DNA of 63,715 nt, filler included, from Collodictyon triciliatum (GCA_043381765.1; 11 parts of 11 records of this genome joined end to end with filler, not necessarily neighbours in it), one strand, 5' to 3'; shown: positions 32,663 to 52,599, numbered from the whole stretch's first letter. The notes: a model not told the origin generated them from the letters alone. Program-made: numbers and translations.

Positions 32663-32792
32663 ATGGAAAGCAGAGCCGACCCGCCACTCGGCGCAAGCAA
32701 GCCGGCCACAGAGACTGCACGAGAGCGACAGGCTCGCATCCGCCAACGCGTCCTGCAGAACAAGTCGGAGCGCCTGCAAAACCTTGTAGCTG
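32663..32792 (+). CDS. N-terminal fragment of a possible Get2/CAML-like tail-anchored protein insertase subunit (cut by contig end)
   Basis: MESRADPPLGASKPATETARERQARIRQRVLQNKSERLQNLVA resembles the basic N-terminal helix of CAML/Get2 ([23 protein letters not shown]); only 43 codons visible. Confidence 0.4.
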
Positions 32793-32892
32793 NNNNNNNN
32801 NNNNNNNNNNNNNNNNNNNNNNNNNNNNNNNNNNNNTTAATTAATTAANNNNNNNNNNNNNNNNNNNNNNNNNNNNNNNNNNNNNNNNNNNN

Positions 32893-32990
<98 letters not shown>

Positions 32991-33067
32991 TAAAAAAGGA
33001 ATCAAAGAGAAAATCGAGACAACTGCTCTCAAATTTCAAGAGTAACATAAAATACTAAATGTGGGTA

Positions 33068-36000
33068 CGAGTGAATGTATACCATTGCATGCATCACAGT
33101 TAGCTTCGTCCTTTGGGGTCAGTAAGAAGTAGGGATTGTCCACACAACCAACGAGAGGCTTTCGCATTATACCATTTAGTAAAAGGCTACAAACATATAT
33201 TAAATCGATATTGGGGAATAGGTCTTTAAAGAATATATTACTTCACCAATAACTCTTTCGACTTCGCAGATTCGCTTATTCATTCCGATTAGACCAAATA
33301 TATTGTAAAAGTCCTATAATTTAACCATGCACAATATTTTGTTGGTGAGAGTATAAATGAATAGAACTGTGGCTGTTATGTTGGGTAATACATTAGGATA
33401 TATAAAAATTGAAAAGAGGCAAGTGAAAAAAATCTTAGTTTAGTGATAGTTTGATGTGAATTTCTTATTAGCTCGACAGAAACTCGATACCTCATACTTG
33501 CACTCTCTGAAATCAAGGTTTTGATTAACACATCCCGTCCGGGTCAAATATTCATCCTCTGTGCAGTACGGTGTGCCATCGTTTTTCACATAAAAGTAGC
33601 CATTGCAAGCACCAAAGCTAAGGCGAAGTTAAAAGCTTTGAATTTTCACAATTGAGAGTTTCATTCATGAGAGAAACAGGGGAAAGCAGAGAAAAACAGA
33701 GAAAAAATCGATAAATAAATCAAAGAAACAGTGCGTTCGTGCATCAGTAATCGAATATGTAGTATCCATTAGAAAAAGACTACCATTGCCAATTTCTCTC
33801 TGTTAAAAGAAATTCACTCTCCATTCCTAGACATCCGTACTCTGGGTCTTTTCTGTACAGATATTTGTTGTTGCAGTATCCACCTGAGCAAATGTAGTAT
33901 AAGACATAGAATGTCTGGTAAATTGTATGACTGATTGAAGCAGTAATAGATTGGGTGGATGATTCAACCTTCTTTGCAGGATTCTTTCGAGCACGGGTTT
34001 CTTATGTCTATCGCACATTTCAGAATACTCTGCTTATAAGGGCAATTAGCAGTCCCCCATATGCAGGAATAACATCGGTCGATTGCAAGAAATGAACAGT
34101 CCTGATGGTTATTTGAATTATCGAACTATTTCAACGGTTTGCTTAGGTGTTTCCACATCATATGGATATGGAAATGAATAAGTGATTGAATTGAAAATAG
34201 AGGAGCTAAATCAAAATAAAGAGATAACTTAAAAATCAAAGCCAGAGACAAAATGCAAAGTGTACTTCACCTCGTAATAGTAACCCATTTCATCGCAAGG
34301 TATCAAAGGTAAGTCAAATATGCAAATATTAATATCTGTGTCGAACTTTCCTCCTCTTGATGTGCATTTAGTGGGTGTTAGCTTATCTGAATAGCATAAA
34401 CTGGCTCCAACCTCAGAGGTGCAAACCGGACAAGAGCCTATACAAGACTCTACATCGGAGCACTATGATTTGAAAACATGTAAATTTCATAGGTTTCCGG
34501 TTCGCTAACTTTTCATATCCTTTTTGTTCAAATATAAAAATAAGGCGTTACAGTTTTGGAGTCGGAGCCAACGATGATCCCATAAGAAGAGGCACAAACC
34601 TCTCCCTTGCATTGGTCTTCAGTATTCATCCATTCCTACAATTTCAGTGTCACTAAAGAAAATAAAACTACCCTCAACGGAAAAAAAAAAGTTCATTTGA
34701 TGTTCCAAAGAGGAAACTTTATATATTATTACAAATAAATGAAACTTGAAACCTCCATCCAAACCCTTCCAGGCCACCAACTATACTGATACTCTCCATA
34801 ATAGTTGTTATAGAAATCACAAATTGACTTGGTATTCACAGGTTTGACGACGCATAATCCAGTTCCATTTGCAAACAAGGGTTCCCAGTGGTATTCATAC
34901 CTCGAAAGCTAGTTCAAAGATACCGTAAAAATCAAGTAAGATAAAGAAAAAGAAAACTACAGTAGAGGGTGTGGCAGAAGCAACAAAGGGGCCAACATCA
35001 TATTTTAAATATACAAAATCCCAGAAAATCAATTCAATCAAAAAAAAAATGAGACAGTAAACATCGCTATTTATCATTCATTTTTAAATATTATTAAGTG
35101 GTTAAGCTGACTTGTTTGCAACCAATTTCATCCAAATCCTCCACATAACAAAATGGAGAAGAACACTGGTCATGAAGGACCTGCGTATAAGAGGAAAAAT
35201 TATAATACCATGGATTGGGAAGTAAAAAGGGTATTGAAAACGGAGATTAAAAGGTGATATATCACAATTAGTAATATCTACATCATGGGTTGGTGCCGGG
35301 CATATATTTGTAGGAATACAGTCATCCAAACTAGCTTCAGGCAAACGACATGGATAGGAAAGACGATTTTTTTCGAAGTCTCCACCACCCTACATAATTT
35401 ATATGCTAAGACAGCAATAGAGGATGTATTTACAAAAGTAAAAATACAGAAGAAAGGAACAGATTTTAATAGAGGCAAACCTCTGAACAGGCAAACTCAT
35501 CGGATGACGTGCTGTAGCATCCCCTTTCAAAATTTAGCTAAGGATAATTTTATTTCAGAAAAAAAGCTTCGAGATATGTACCAAAAAAAAAAAAACATTA
35601 TCATATCTTTACAATTACCATTTGACATGTTGAATTGTCGTGGCAAAACCCACAAAAACTCGATGATGTTGTATTTGTGCATTCCGTTTCCGATAGGGTG
35701 GGGTTCCAGTTACATATCATGTCCGAGAGACAAATTTCCTCGCTGATTATGGTGTACTAAAGCAACATTTGAAGTTTATCACTTATCAACCCCATTGCAA
35801 TGCAATATGACGAGAAATCTTAAAGGATGGTTATGTTAAAATATTTCATTCAAAGATGCACATAGGTTTGAAAGACCTGTTTTCCCGTTCCTGTGAAATA
35901 ATTTGACGTTTGTCCTTGGCAATTATTCTCCACTGTTTTATTTCTAAAAGCCTCCGCAAATGTGTCGTTACTCGAGTCAATAGGAATCCCGAGGTAGAGT

Positions 36001-38870
36001 TCAAGGTAATGTCTCACTTGTTCAGGCATATGGTTCAAGTAGCACTAAATCGCAGAGCCCACCGAAGAAAGGAATGAGGTATATCAGAAATACTAATTCA
36101 AAAAATAGTGCATTTGAACAGGTTACTCTTCACGGATGAAGATTAATCGAGAGGTAATACACATGCCTGAATATGAATATCTATCCAATTTTCAGTGGGT
36201 ATTTGACAAACACCGTGAAGACAAAAAGTTTGACAGTCTGTATTGCTTTCGCATGAGCGGGCTGTTCCGTCTCCAAATATCAATCGCTATTTAGATTCAA
36301 GAAAAGTTTCAGTAGTATTATAAACGTGATCAATTCATTCATACAGTAATATATAAGCAAATGAACTTAATGGCTGAACCCAGGAAAGGGGAAATAGAAA
36401 AGAAACTAGCATGCTATTACGTGGCATTGAATGATGAAGTTCTGGCTAGAACTGTATATGGTATCATCGATCAGCTGGAGGGGTTTGTATAAGTTACTTT
36501 AGAGTTATTTGCAGGTTGACAGAACATTCCATTACGTAGTGATACGACAAAAAAAAAAGCACCTTCCTGCGGTTGCTGACGCAACCATTGTTGAAGTCCA
36601 ATCCATCATTATATTGATAAACCATATCTATCAGTGTGGACCGAGATTCAAACGGATGTTTACATTTCTCTGCAGCTTCATCAGGGGGGTTATCTAAAAA
36701 TGACTATATGTGCTATTTGATAAACTATTTTTTTTAAAATTAAAATAAGATTATTTGCTGCTGAGAATAATTGAGGTTACGGCAATAAAATGAATCGTTC
36801 TTGGTGCACAGCATATCTGAGTGCCGAGACTAAATAAAGTAATTATAATAAAATGATGCCTCAAATGCATTCACTCATGTGTATCCTAAAAGTAACAGCA
36901 ATTATGTATTTCGGTGGGAAATTACAAGAGGTCGCAACAGGGGTCAGCATTCCATTCAGTGCTATTGTATTCATGGGGACAATATTTTGTCTCTGTTAAA
37001 TAGCTCCCAGAATACTATGCCATATGGGTTAAAAAGTCAAGACAAAATTTTTTTAAAAAAAATAAACCTATGGTAAATTGCATGACGAATACCCGATCTA
37101 AGAAACAGATAAAAATGAATGCCCAAGTAATTTAAAAATATAGCTTAAGAAATCCTTAGAAAATTCACCATTTATCAAAACTACCTGAGGTACCTCGGCA
37201 GTAGCATTGCTCCAACAATTCATCCATGCCTCAGAGAAGGTCAACAAGATAATCTAATTTCGTATTCATCAATCAATCTGATACAAGGCATCATATGTTG
37301 TCTTTCAATATCTTTTTATGATAAATGTAGGACGAGATACAGCCACACGTACAATTTCTTAAATTGTTGTGTATTATTAGGATATCGATATGTATAATAA
37401 AAAAAAATTGACCATACTCTCCATCTCTGGTCGTTAAGTGCAGACCAACCGACCACACTGCTGAGAGCAGCAATTGAATCTTGAAGCTGAATAGACCTCG
37501 ATTGGAATTGAATGAAATTACATGCTTGAGGGGTGTAAGGACTCAACATAATATTATCCAATTGAGTTGCCTAAAAATAAGTGAGTGAGATGGAATTGAT
37601 GGCATTTTATGATCTTTTTCTTCAATTATGACGTTGGATACAAATACACAGTTGTATAGGTTTGTAAGTCATCAAGATAACTATGTAGATTTTCAAACAA
37701 AAGAATTACATTTACCTGCTCGTCTTCAATGTTGTGTATCGACAAAATACATTCAACAGTGGAACTGAGCACAGCTCCCTTTTTTAGGTAAGCAGACTGG
37801 TACCTCATTTCATTAAGAAAAAGGTAGGAAAGCCGATTGGAGCGATATTCAGGGTTATCACTTGCCATTCTAAAGCACCAAATATGTCAGAGGATGTAGC
37901 ATTTTATTTCGATTTTAATGAAAAAGTCGAAGGCTACTTTGAATCATTTATAATGGAAGTTTGGTGATCTATACATTAAAAAACCATCACCAAACTGAAA
38001 ATATACAAGAATATACGAATTCTAACCCAATATCTGACATCATGGACATGAATGGGTCATCACTCGGCGGCAAAGGAACCAAGTATTCCCCCTGAAATAA
38101 ATTTTCGTCGCAGACATACTTTGTAGACGTTACTATTGTATTCCCACACTGTAATTGCGCAGTTTCTGTTCAAATATCATGTTAATAATGATAATAAAAA
38201 TAAAAATAAAATACCAATAGATTAGGCCAGTTCATGCCCAATACTATGTTGTTGTTTATTCGATATTTGCACAATGCTGCTAAAAATCAGCAACCATCAG
38301 AATCAAAATCGCCATGATATACGATAGATAAATAAGAATAAAAAAGGCACCATATAGTCTTGATGTCATAGGACTGGAGCAACTACACGCCGTGGTTCCC
38401 CAGCAGAACTGCGGCCCGATCTCTTCCCCTGGCATCAGCTCGGTCTCGTTAATTCGAACCCCATTCACGAAGACGTCCTGATCAAAGTCCACAGTGACCA
38501 GAACACCACGATAGTAGTTCAGGTCATCAAGCTCAAGATCAAGGAGCCGTTGCGAAGCGGAAGTCACCGACAGACACTCTATTGAATAGAGTCCAAAGTA
38601 TATAATTGAATTGAGAAGGGCAGAAAATATGGCGATAGCTGGACAGCAGGAGGGAGAAAGGAAAGTTGTTGTTTTTATTTGATCTCTACTCTTGCCTTGC
38701 CTCCACCTTTTCGACGCTCTATGACCTATATTTTAAACTCTTTTCTTTTCTTTTCTTTTTTTCTTGCTTCCTAGTTCCAAGGGATAAATGCACAAACCAA
38801 CAGTTATCCCCACCAGCACGGAAAGCACGCAGACGAAGAGAATATTCTGCCTCAGAGAGCCGATCGACAT
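33068..38870 (-). CDS. Large multi-exon secreted/surface Cys-rich protein of unknown function; 3'-truncated
   Basis: Signal-peptide-like start MSIGSLRQNILFVCVLSVLVGITV at 38870. Many GT-AG exons rich in Cys, Trp and Tyr, e.g. PQFCWGTTACSCSSP, CSDVESCIGSCPVCTSEVGASLCYS and YSWWPGRVWME. Confidence 0.7.
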
Positions 38871-39567
38871 CGAGCCTGAAGCAGGACCTAAAGTGCAGTT
38901 AGACAGCTTATGAACTATCGAGGCTTATTGCTTCGATCGACAACGTGCGCTGAAAGTGGGTGAGAACCTTGCTTCTGTTTATGTTTTTCGGTTTTTGGCT
39001 TTTGGTTTTATCATCGGCTCTAATGGCTTGGTAGATCGCTTCCGTAAGTTCGTGGTGTGGAAAAGAGAAAATAAAAGGCAAGGTATTGAAGTCTAATAAT
39101 TCGTGCTATTTATTAATTTTAGATTCTGGAAGCGGTATACATCTTTTCTTTCCTGTTTGATTATATCTGTTCTAATACGGACTGGGATATTTTATGTTTA
39201 TTTTCCACATATATGAATGAAGAAATTCAGTGAAGTAAGGCCATAGATGGAGAAGTTTGAGTGGGGCGCGTTGTCAAAAACCTCATAACAAAAAACAAAA
39301 AAACAAAAAAACAAAAAAACAAAAAAACAAAAAAACAAAAAAACAAAAAAACAAAAAAACAAANNNNNNNNNNNNNNNNNNNNNNNNNNNNNNNNNNNNN
39401 NNNNNNNTTAATTAATTAANNNNNNNNNNNNNNNNNNNNNNNNNNNNNNNNNNNNNNNNNNNNTATGTCTGCCGCATGTGTCTGTCTCCTATAATAAAGG
39501 CAGCAACTGTCTCGCATGCGCAATGGGTGTCCATAGTGCTGTCTCTTTATTCTCTGCGGACGGGTGT

Positions 39568-40449
<882 letters not shown>

Positions 40450-41160
40450 GGGTTGGTCTTGTTGTATATGTGTGGGAGTCTGAAGAGGAGCGAAGAGGCC
40501 GGAGCTGTGGGAATTCGTGTGTGTATACGTGAGTTGGTTAAGTTAAGCTCGCCTAAGACTTGTTGCTACTTTGTGTGTGGCAGGTTTAAGTATGGTATAT
40601 TGTCCAGGGACTTTCGACTGGTCTTTTTTTTTTTTTTTTTTTTTTTGGGACTTGTAGTCTCGTTTGGCTCTTTTGTTATTCTTCTCGAGACTTGATAGAA
40701 CAGCGCGTAATCAAGAGAAAGGTTTGTGGATCGGGCTCCAGAATCCAAGGAGAGCAGAGCAAGGGCCACACAAGACCACGCGAAATAAACTGAGCGACTG
40801 AAATGAGTTCCACAAAGAAGCGTGTGATTCATATCCAAGACATATGTCGTGTTGCGCAGGAATCCGGGGCAATTGCAACATCTGCTTGAGGGCCACTTTC
40901 TGTGAATGTGGTCCGAGTGGTTTTGATCCTTGGAGACCAAAGGCTTCAGCAGTGATTCATCCTTTCATATAATTTTCACGGATGCAGACATGGGCGGGCG
41001 TAATTAATACGAGACAAAATTCGAACTTGGCGGCAAACCAAGGAGCCTGCGAAGGCAAAGGTGGGAGTGGTAGAAGTCTTTTGTTTAGAATGTGCGTGGA
41101 CATTGAGCTGGGAGCGTGGTCTTTCCCAATTAATCTGGAGTATTTCAGCTATTCATAAAA

Positions 41161-44100
41161 ATGCCACAAATTGGGGCTGGTTGGAGAACATTCTAGATCG
41201 ACCCACACCTTTGTATGTGTATAGTATTTGATAATATTATATGTGATTAAATATGTCGAGTAGAACTTGAGCAATTATTTACCCTTATAAATCTGTATTA
41301 TAATTATATTCCACAAATAATCATATCAGAAAAGTCTATCACAAACACCCGCGATCTGATGCGCCAGGTGGAGTCGCCGCGTCCTAAGCAGAGAGATTCT
41401 CCGGCGCAGTTGATTTGCAGGACAGGGTTCACAAACTTAAACAATCACCCCAACCAGTTTTCCTGTAGCCACGTAATTCCAGAGGATATCAAGTGATCTC
41501 AAATGTTCCGAGGGCTTCTTGCGCAAGGACAGTCACTGATTCAGAGCGCATCNNNNNNNNNNNNNNNNNNNNNNNNNNNNNNNNNNNNNNNNNNNNNNNN
41601 NNNNNNNNNNNNNNNNNNNNNNNNNNNNNNNNNNNNNNNNNNNNNNNNNNNNNNNNNNNNNNNNNNNNNNNNNNNNNNNNNNNNNNNNNNNNNNNNNNNN
41701 NNNNNNNNNNNNNNNNNNNNNNNNNNNNNNNNNNNNNNNNNNNNNNNNNNNNNNNNNNNNNNNNNNNNNNNNNNNNNNNNNNNNNNNNNNNNNNNNNNNN
41801 NNNNNNNNNNNNNNNNNNNNNNNNNNNNNNNNNNNNNNNNNNNNNNNNNNNNNNNNNNNNNNNNNNNNNNNNNNNNNNNNNNNNNNNNNNNNNNNNNNNN
41901 NNNNNNNNNNNNNNNNNNNNNNNNNNNNNNNNNNNNNNNNNNNNNNNNNNNNNNNNNNNNNNNNNNNNNNNNNNNNNNNNNNNNNNNNNNNNNNNNNNNN
42001 NNNNNNNNNNNNNNNNNNNNNNNNNNNNNNNNNNNNNNNNNNNNNNNNNNNNNNNNNNNNNNNNNNNNNNNNNNNNNNNNNNNNNNNNNNNNNNNNNNNN
42101 NNNNNNNNNNNNCCTCGAAGCAATTGTCAACATAATCGTTGAGGAGGATGCGGAAGTTGGGGATTTCCCTTGCTTGGAATACGTTCTTCAAGAAAAGATA
42201 TTTGAGACGCTGGTCAAATATGCCAGTGCTGACGTATGTACTCGTATATATTTGGGGCTTCTTGAAAGAAAAAATAAAAGAAAATCGATTTACATGTTCA
42301 TTTGCCATATATTGTCTATTTATCGATATTTTTAACATAGAAACCGAGAGGAATGAGAACTCATATATTTCATGTCCTGGATGATGTTATTGTCAGAGTG
42401 AAACAGCCGCTTATACCACAAATCAGTATCCATCGTTCAATAACAGAGCTGATGAGAGTTTTTGGGGATATTCAGGTTAAGGTTCGAGCGAGTTTATATC
42501 TCTGGCAGCATAGTAAAACATGCCATTTTGAAGTCCAGGATTAGAATCCATCATATGTTATCATAAAAATACACTCAAAAGGGTGTTTATTGAATTTGAA
42601 AGGAAGAAGAAAATTTAAAATCAAGTATACAGGGTTAACAGATCAATTGTTAGTTCTATAACCATCATCATAAAATCAAGGATTTGGAGGAAATCAACGC
42701 GTCAGTCAACTTCATTTCTACAATATGCACAAAACTACATGAAAAGCCTGCACTTGTGCGCGTCTTTTGCGAGCAACAAACAACAGGAGAAAAGGTTTAT
42801 ATATTGTATTTTATGTTCATCCAGAAATCCTGTCCATCAGATCATTTAATAAGTTCCATCTAACCAGCATGTCATACCAAGATATAACTAGATTTCCCTT
42901 CAACCCAGATATATCAAAATATTTTTACATTTTACTTTTCCTCCTTCGAATCGAATAAAGGAATTTTTTTTTTATACTTTTCCTCGAAAAAAAACCTTTA
43001 AAGCCATTAGATACTTAATTAGTATACAACTACAGAAATACGTCAGGTTGTTACCATTGTCCATCTTGCAGAAGTACATCCACCAGGGCGATAGCCTGGG
43101 GTCAAATGCTAGGTGTGGAACCGTTTGTTTACTGCAACTTTTGGACGATGATATAGTCGATGATGTTGTATCAAAGTCTGGATTCATTCCAATACTTGTA
43201 AGACATATATTGCCTATCATTCTGAGCTAGTAGTAATAATCTTCTACAGTTATAAACGAGCCATTAGTATTTTATTGATAAATTTGACTTGATTCTGTAA
43301 CACCCCTTTATTCATAGATGGACATTATTCAAAACGCTTACACACAGTTGCCTACAGATAAAATAATTGGGCAGTCTAATCCAGCTTTTGATTTCTATCA
43401 AGAACTCTTAATATTTTGTAACACGCTTGCACAAACAGGACATCCAGTAAGTTGTTTGCAAGTGACCATACCGTTATTAATGAGTTTTGATATTTGGTTG
43501 TGAGATACGTGACTAAGCTATGTTCTTAACCGGTGGTCTGGGTCTAAAACCAAAACAAAAACATATGTAGAAAAATATATCTCATTAGCTTTCTTCCGAC
43601 TTAGAAACTTGTGGATGCACTTGGAAATTCTCTGATGGTCCATTTTTTGAAAGGAATCATCCGACCTGCTTTGTTGCAAACGTGAAATAAATATATAAAT
43701 ATATAAATATATAAATATATAAATATATAAATATATAAATATATAAATATATAAATATATAAATATATAAATATATAAATATGTAAATATATAAATATAT
43801 AAATATATAAATATATAAATATATAAATATATAAATATGTAAATATGTAAATATATAAATATATAAATATATAAATATATATATAAATAAATAAATAGAT
43901 TTTATATTGGGGTCAGTAGATGTCTCAATGTAAATGGCTATCCTAGATTTCGAACCTTTCTTCCCTTCATCTCAATATAGTTCAGATCGTGCGGTCTGCA
44001 TCGCCATCCAATATGCCATAACCATAGTAGAAAGCCTTAGCAACGGAAAACTTGCCCAAAAGTATCTGCCATTCTTTTGTGATCAGGTTACTTCTTTTGG

Positions 44101-45766
44101 CTATACTCATCGTTCACAGGGTTAAAGAAAGTCATATACTTAGCTTATCCTCCATCTTCTCTTTTATTTTAATCTGTGAGGTAGACCTATGAAGAAAATG
44201 CGAAATTCAACATAGCGATGATTATGATAGAGCGAATCGGTTCATTGGAGGATAATGTATTTTTTTCTATACTCTTTAAATATCTTCTACGAAAATTATT
44301 CATAGTAGACAACATCCTCTGAATTTTCGTTAGATAAGCCACTTTAATCATTTCTGTAGCACTAACGGTCTATATTACTATTTAATGCACCAACAGAATT
44401 TCAAAATTCACCCCATTTTTTGGACCCTCTAAATCATCCATTGCCTAGATTCGTACCAAAGCTATGCATTTCTTCGAGGTTATCCTGGAGCACCATCAGG
44501 ACACTGCGATATACTACTTGATATCACAGCACATACCTACTTCATCATATGCAGAAATGAATGTTAAAAAAGAAGCCATCAGCACCAGGGATGCGGAGAA
44601 CGAAGATTCAAGCCAACTCATGAGCCGATATTCTACTGGAGTTTCGAGGTCTCGTGATTATCCTTGTCTTCCGTGATATGACCTTACACTTAGAGGGAAA
44701 ACGCACTCACTTTATGGCAATTATGATTTTTATTCTTACGTGGTTATCGTCGTACAAGTAGCTAATATTGTTTTAAGGATTTCTTTCTTCCTCTCTATGC
44801 TCGCAAACCTAATAGCACAAAAATAATATTTTAATTTCCTATGTTAGATATCAAAATATGCTGAAATGGTTGTCCCCAGACCCCCGCTCTATTGAATTTT
44901 ACCATAACTTTACCTTACGCTCGGTTGTTCAATCCCTTCAATCAGATTATCGCAAACATCAATATACGGCGAAGGTTGGATATCTATATATTTAATGACA
45001 TATAACCTTAGAAACTATTGAGATATAATTAACGTTCATTTTATATTCTAATTATAATCCTTTCACATTTTAATAATATCGGATTATTTATCTATATCCT
45101 GTGTGTGAATAAAGTTAATAAATAAATAAATTATTACCCTGTTTCTTTCCTCCTGGCACATTCAAGTTGAATACAAGAACAAGCTCATTTTCTCTTATCT
45201 TGTGTATGGTTTAGATGTCCAGCTTAGAGAAACCAGAAAGCATTTTCTTGAAAGTCTTATTCATGCGCATCGAAAAGATACTCCAGCAACCACTATCAGT
45301 TAATATACTCCTGACAAGATTACTGATGAGCATTGTTACTGGGGGCGACTTGTATGTCATCGACTACCTTTTAAACCCAAACAACCCCGTGTCTTCCGTT
45401 GCTACCAAATCGCTGCTTAAGTCCCTTGAAAAGGTAATTGCTAAAAATTAATTATGTATCAGCATTAACAATGCTTTTGTTTTTCTTTGGGAGAGTGTAT
45501 CGCCATATCTGAATAACAAAGGTCTTTTTCTTTTCCTTCTTGAATATGAAGGTATCATTATAGCAACTTGTTTCTCTATGGCTTTATAATCCACTCAATG
45601 TTAAAATAAACGAGTTCTTGGAAGCAAAATCTGACAGACAAGCTTGGGTTGCATTTCCTCAGGTTTCGAGAGAGGGCACAACCACTTCATCCAAAATTGA
45701 AGGCTTTTCAAGAGCCCTGGCTTCTTATCACACACGACTGCAGACCCAGCCGAGCAATTCAAGGAG
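41161..45766 (+). CDS. FHIP/FAM160 (FTS-Hook-interacting protein, RAI16-like); 5' part interrupted by gap 41553-42112, start uncertain, 3'-truncated
   Basis: [80 protein letters not shown] and the C-terminal [29 protein letters not shown] match conserved FAM160 blocks. Confidence 0.85.
43687..43885. repeat. Intronic (ATAAATAT)n; one of many simple repeats, e.g. (TTTA)n 4209-4292, (ATCT)n 7850-7944, (GAGTGAAA)n 20055-20222, (GA)n 27340-27418, (GATA)n 30255-30364, (ATT)n 47494-47600
   Basis: Directly visible simple tandem repeats, mostly intronic or at contig ends. Confidence 0.95.
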
Positions 45767-46286
45767 GCATCCTTTGTAATAAATTTGTATTTTCACACAC
45801 ATTGACACTATAAACGTGCGAGTATAATTTTCATTCTATTTTAAAAATCCAAACAAAAAAAAAACCAAAAAAAACCAAAAAAAACCAAAAAAAAAACCAA
45901 AAAAAAACCAAAAAAAAAAAAAAAAAAAACAAANNNNNNNNNNNNNNNNNNNNNNNNNNNNNNNNNNNNNNNNNNNNTTAATTAATTAANNNNNNNNNNN
46001 NNNNNNNNNNNNNNNNNNNNNNNNNNNNNNNNNAGAAAAAGAAAAAGAAAAAGAAAAAGAAAAAGAAAAAGAAAAAGAAAAAGAAAAAGAAAAAGAAAAA
46101 GAAAAAGAAAAAGAAAAGGAAAAGGAAAAGAGAAAGAGAAAAAAGAAAAAGGAAGCGAAATGGAAAGAGAAAGAGAAAAAAGAAAAGAAAAAGGAAGTAT
46201 GGGAAAAGGAAACTTTGAAGGCGATAAAGGGATTAGACCTGTGAATGATGCAGCAGAGTGGTCATAGGATTAAAGTAGCAGCCTCG

Positions 46287-50123
<3,837 letters not shown>

Positions 50124-52599
50124 GCATAATACAATAGTCTTTTTCCAATCAAAATTCTCTTTTCTCTTGCCCTTAAAAGAGAAATATGATTTGGAAATAG
50201 AAATACAATCTACTATCTGGCAAAATGACTTTAAAAATTATGAAATTGAAGAGCTGCCCTAATCAGATTTTTTTTTCACAATATTTCGCTCTGTTTTTTT
50301 TTTCACATGATTATTTTTCGCTTTGGTCCTTTGATGAAGTTCATCTTGGTAGATTCGGAACAATTTTCATGTTATGAAAGCACAAAAACATCTCTAAATC
50401 AATCGTCACCAACTTTATTGAGTCGATAGCATTTTCTGGCATGAACCACGTCCTTTGAAAAACTTATACAATTGTAACTCTAGTTTCACATATTTTCTTT
50501 CCTTGTTTCTTTTCTATTTCCTTTCTCTCAAAAGAGGCGTTTATTCTATTTTGTTTACAGAAAAATAGCTTTCGACTCTCTTTTGAATGGGTTTATTGTA
50601 AAATTTTATATTGATAATTATCCTTACTACAGCGCAAATGAGGTATAAGTTTTCTCTCATAACTTATCATATTCGAAATGTAAATTTTAAGAAATACATT
50701 TCCGTCTGTTGTCTAGCTTTATTTTATGTACTTCTAGTGACTTTTCAAAATATTGATTTTTTTTTTAACAATTTAATCAGCATCAATAAAATTACTTCAC
50801 ATTATAATCATAAAAAGCATATTCTCGAATTGGTTCTTGGCCAACATATTAATTCTTTTTTCTAGAAAACATATCGAGATGGTGATTGCTTCAAATTGCA
50901 CTTTATGTATTTCCATATGAATGTATTGTTTTTTTAAATACACAGACCTACAAACGAACTGACCGCTATTGGGTCACGATGAATGTATGTTTTGCCAAAA
51001 AAAAACATTTGAAATCAGGAAGCGAATCAGGAAATTGATGCTCTGGTTCATTATCTTCGGATACCCTATCACAATCTCTCTCAAGTAACGAGTCTTGTAT
51101 AGACCTTTTCTTCGGGTCGGGAGCACCAACCAATTTTTTTAACGGAAAATCAAGTTCCTAGACTTGCAAGAAATATATTGTGATGTCCTCTCTCGACTTT
51201 GAACACGTCTTATATGATAAGTTGCCGAAGCCATACCAAGCAACCCGATGGTACTAATCCTCTGTGATTCTAATCAAACCGTGATACAAAGTAATCTACG
51301 GTCATCGATGAAATCAGACGCCAAAATCCACCGCAATAATAATGCTTTTGTCAGTATGATTGGCTGCTCCGTAGATATCCCAAACCATATCTTCTCTTGT
51401 TGGCTTATGAACGAACGGCACTTATCCCATCAACTTCAGTATTTATATACACAAAGTGGTGTTAATTTGGAATATGTTATATATAAGAATACATGCAACC
51501 CAGAACTCATCGCTATCGATTCCACAAGTTGTTCATTTTCACTCCACTTTACTCCATTGATTAGCAGAGTAATATTTTCGTAAGGTTGTCATCGTACTCT
51601 CTCCAGTTTATATGATTCTTCAAAGACATTTTTAATTGGCTTTTTTTTTAAGGTTTCAAATTTATTCTCATCATTCTTATCATTCAAAAATAAAAGACGA
51701 TGGTTAATCTCATTATCGGGCATCGCATTCTGTAACATGGTCTTCACACTCAATGCTGAGACTATACTATACTAACGCAATATATGTTTTGAAGGACCAA
51801 TAAAACAGAAATGCTTGATAATATTTGATTTTGCTTGAACTCTAAGCTACCATATGCACGTTGTTGACCAAGCGCCCTATCTCTACTTGGTAATTGGTTA
51901 TGTACCGATTCAAAGAATGAGAAAGATATAGAAGAAAAAACTAGATAATCGATGAACGAAAATGGCTATTCCGTGAAATATAGGGTCCTTGAAGTATAGT
52001 TTGAACTTTGCCAGGAGGACTGGCTTGGTGTGTGGAATGAGCATTTGGTGCGTGTTTGCTTGCATCTATGACAGCGTGCTGAAACAGGCCAAGCAACGCC
52101 CCAAGCCTCCCAAGCCTCCCGCCTGATCTGGACATTCCGTTGTGGAAGTCACTTGAAACTTTCAAAAAATTATTATAATTGCGGAATTTATCTGAAAATA
52201 GAGCGAGTATGCAGCAAAGCGTGTGGGAACTCGACATAATCTAAATTTAATGTGGATTATATATTTCCATGCAAAGCATGAAAGTTCGGTATTCCTGGAA
52301 CTGCTTAGGTGAAAGGTCGGGTACTTTTGCTCCGCAAGCAACTGAATCGCGCTTGTGTTAATCTAAGAGCAGATGGATCAAGAGAACAAAATGAACATAA
52401 AAAAGAGAATAAAAAAGAGAATAAAAAAGAGAATAAAAAAGAGAATAAAAAAGAGAATAAAAAAGAGAATAAAAAAGAGAATAAAAAAGAGAATAAAAAN
52501 NNNNNNNNNNNNNNNNNNNNNNNNNNNNNNNNNNNNNNNNNNNTTAATTAATTAANNNNNNNNNNNNNNNNNNNNNNNNNNNNNNNNNNNNNNNNNNNN

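Noticed and set aside
41489-42338. 200-280 aa ORFs in the ORF track
   Set aside because: They span a 560-nt N gap; only the FHIP exon at 42114-42233 is supported.
51100-51950. Decayed minus-strand TM-coding remnant (IILTKALLLRWILASDFIDDRR..STIGLLGM), perhaps related to the Cys-rich receptor family
   Set aside because: Many stops and no diagnostic motif; needs a translated homology search.
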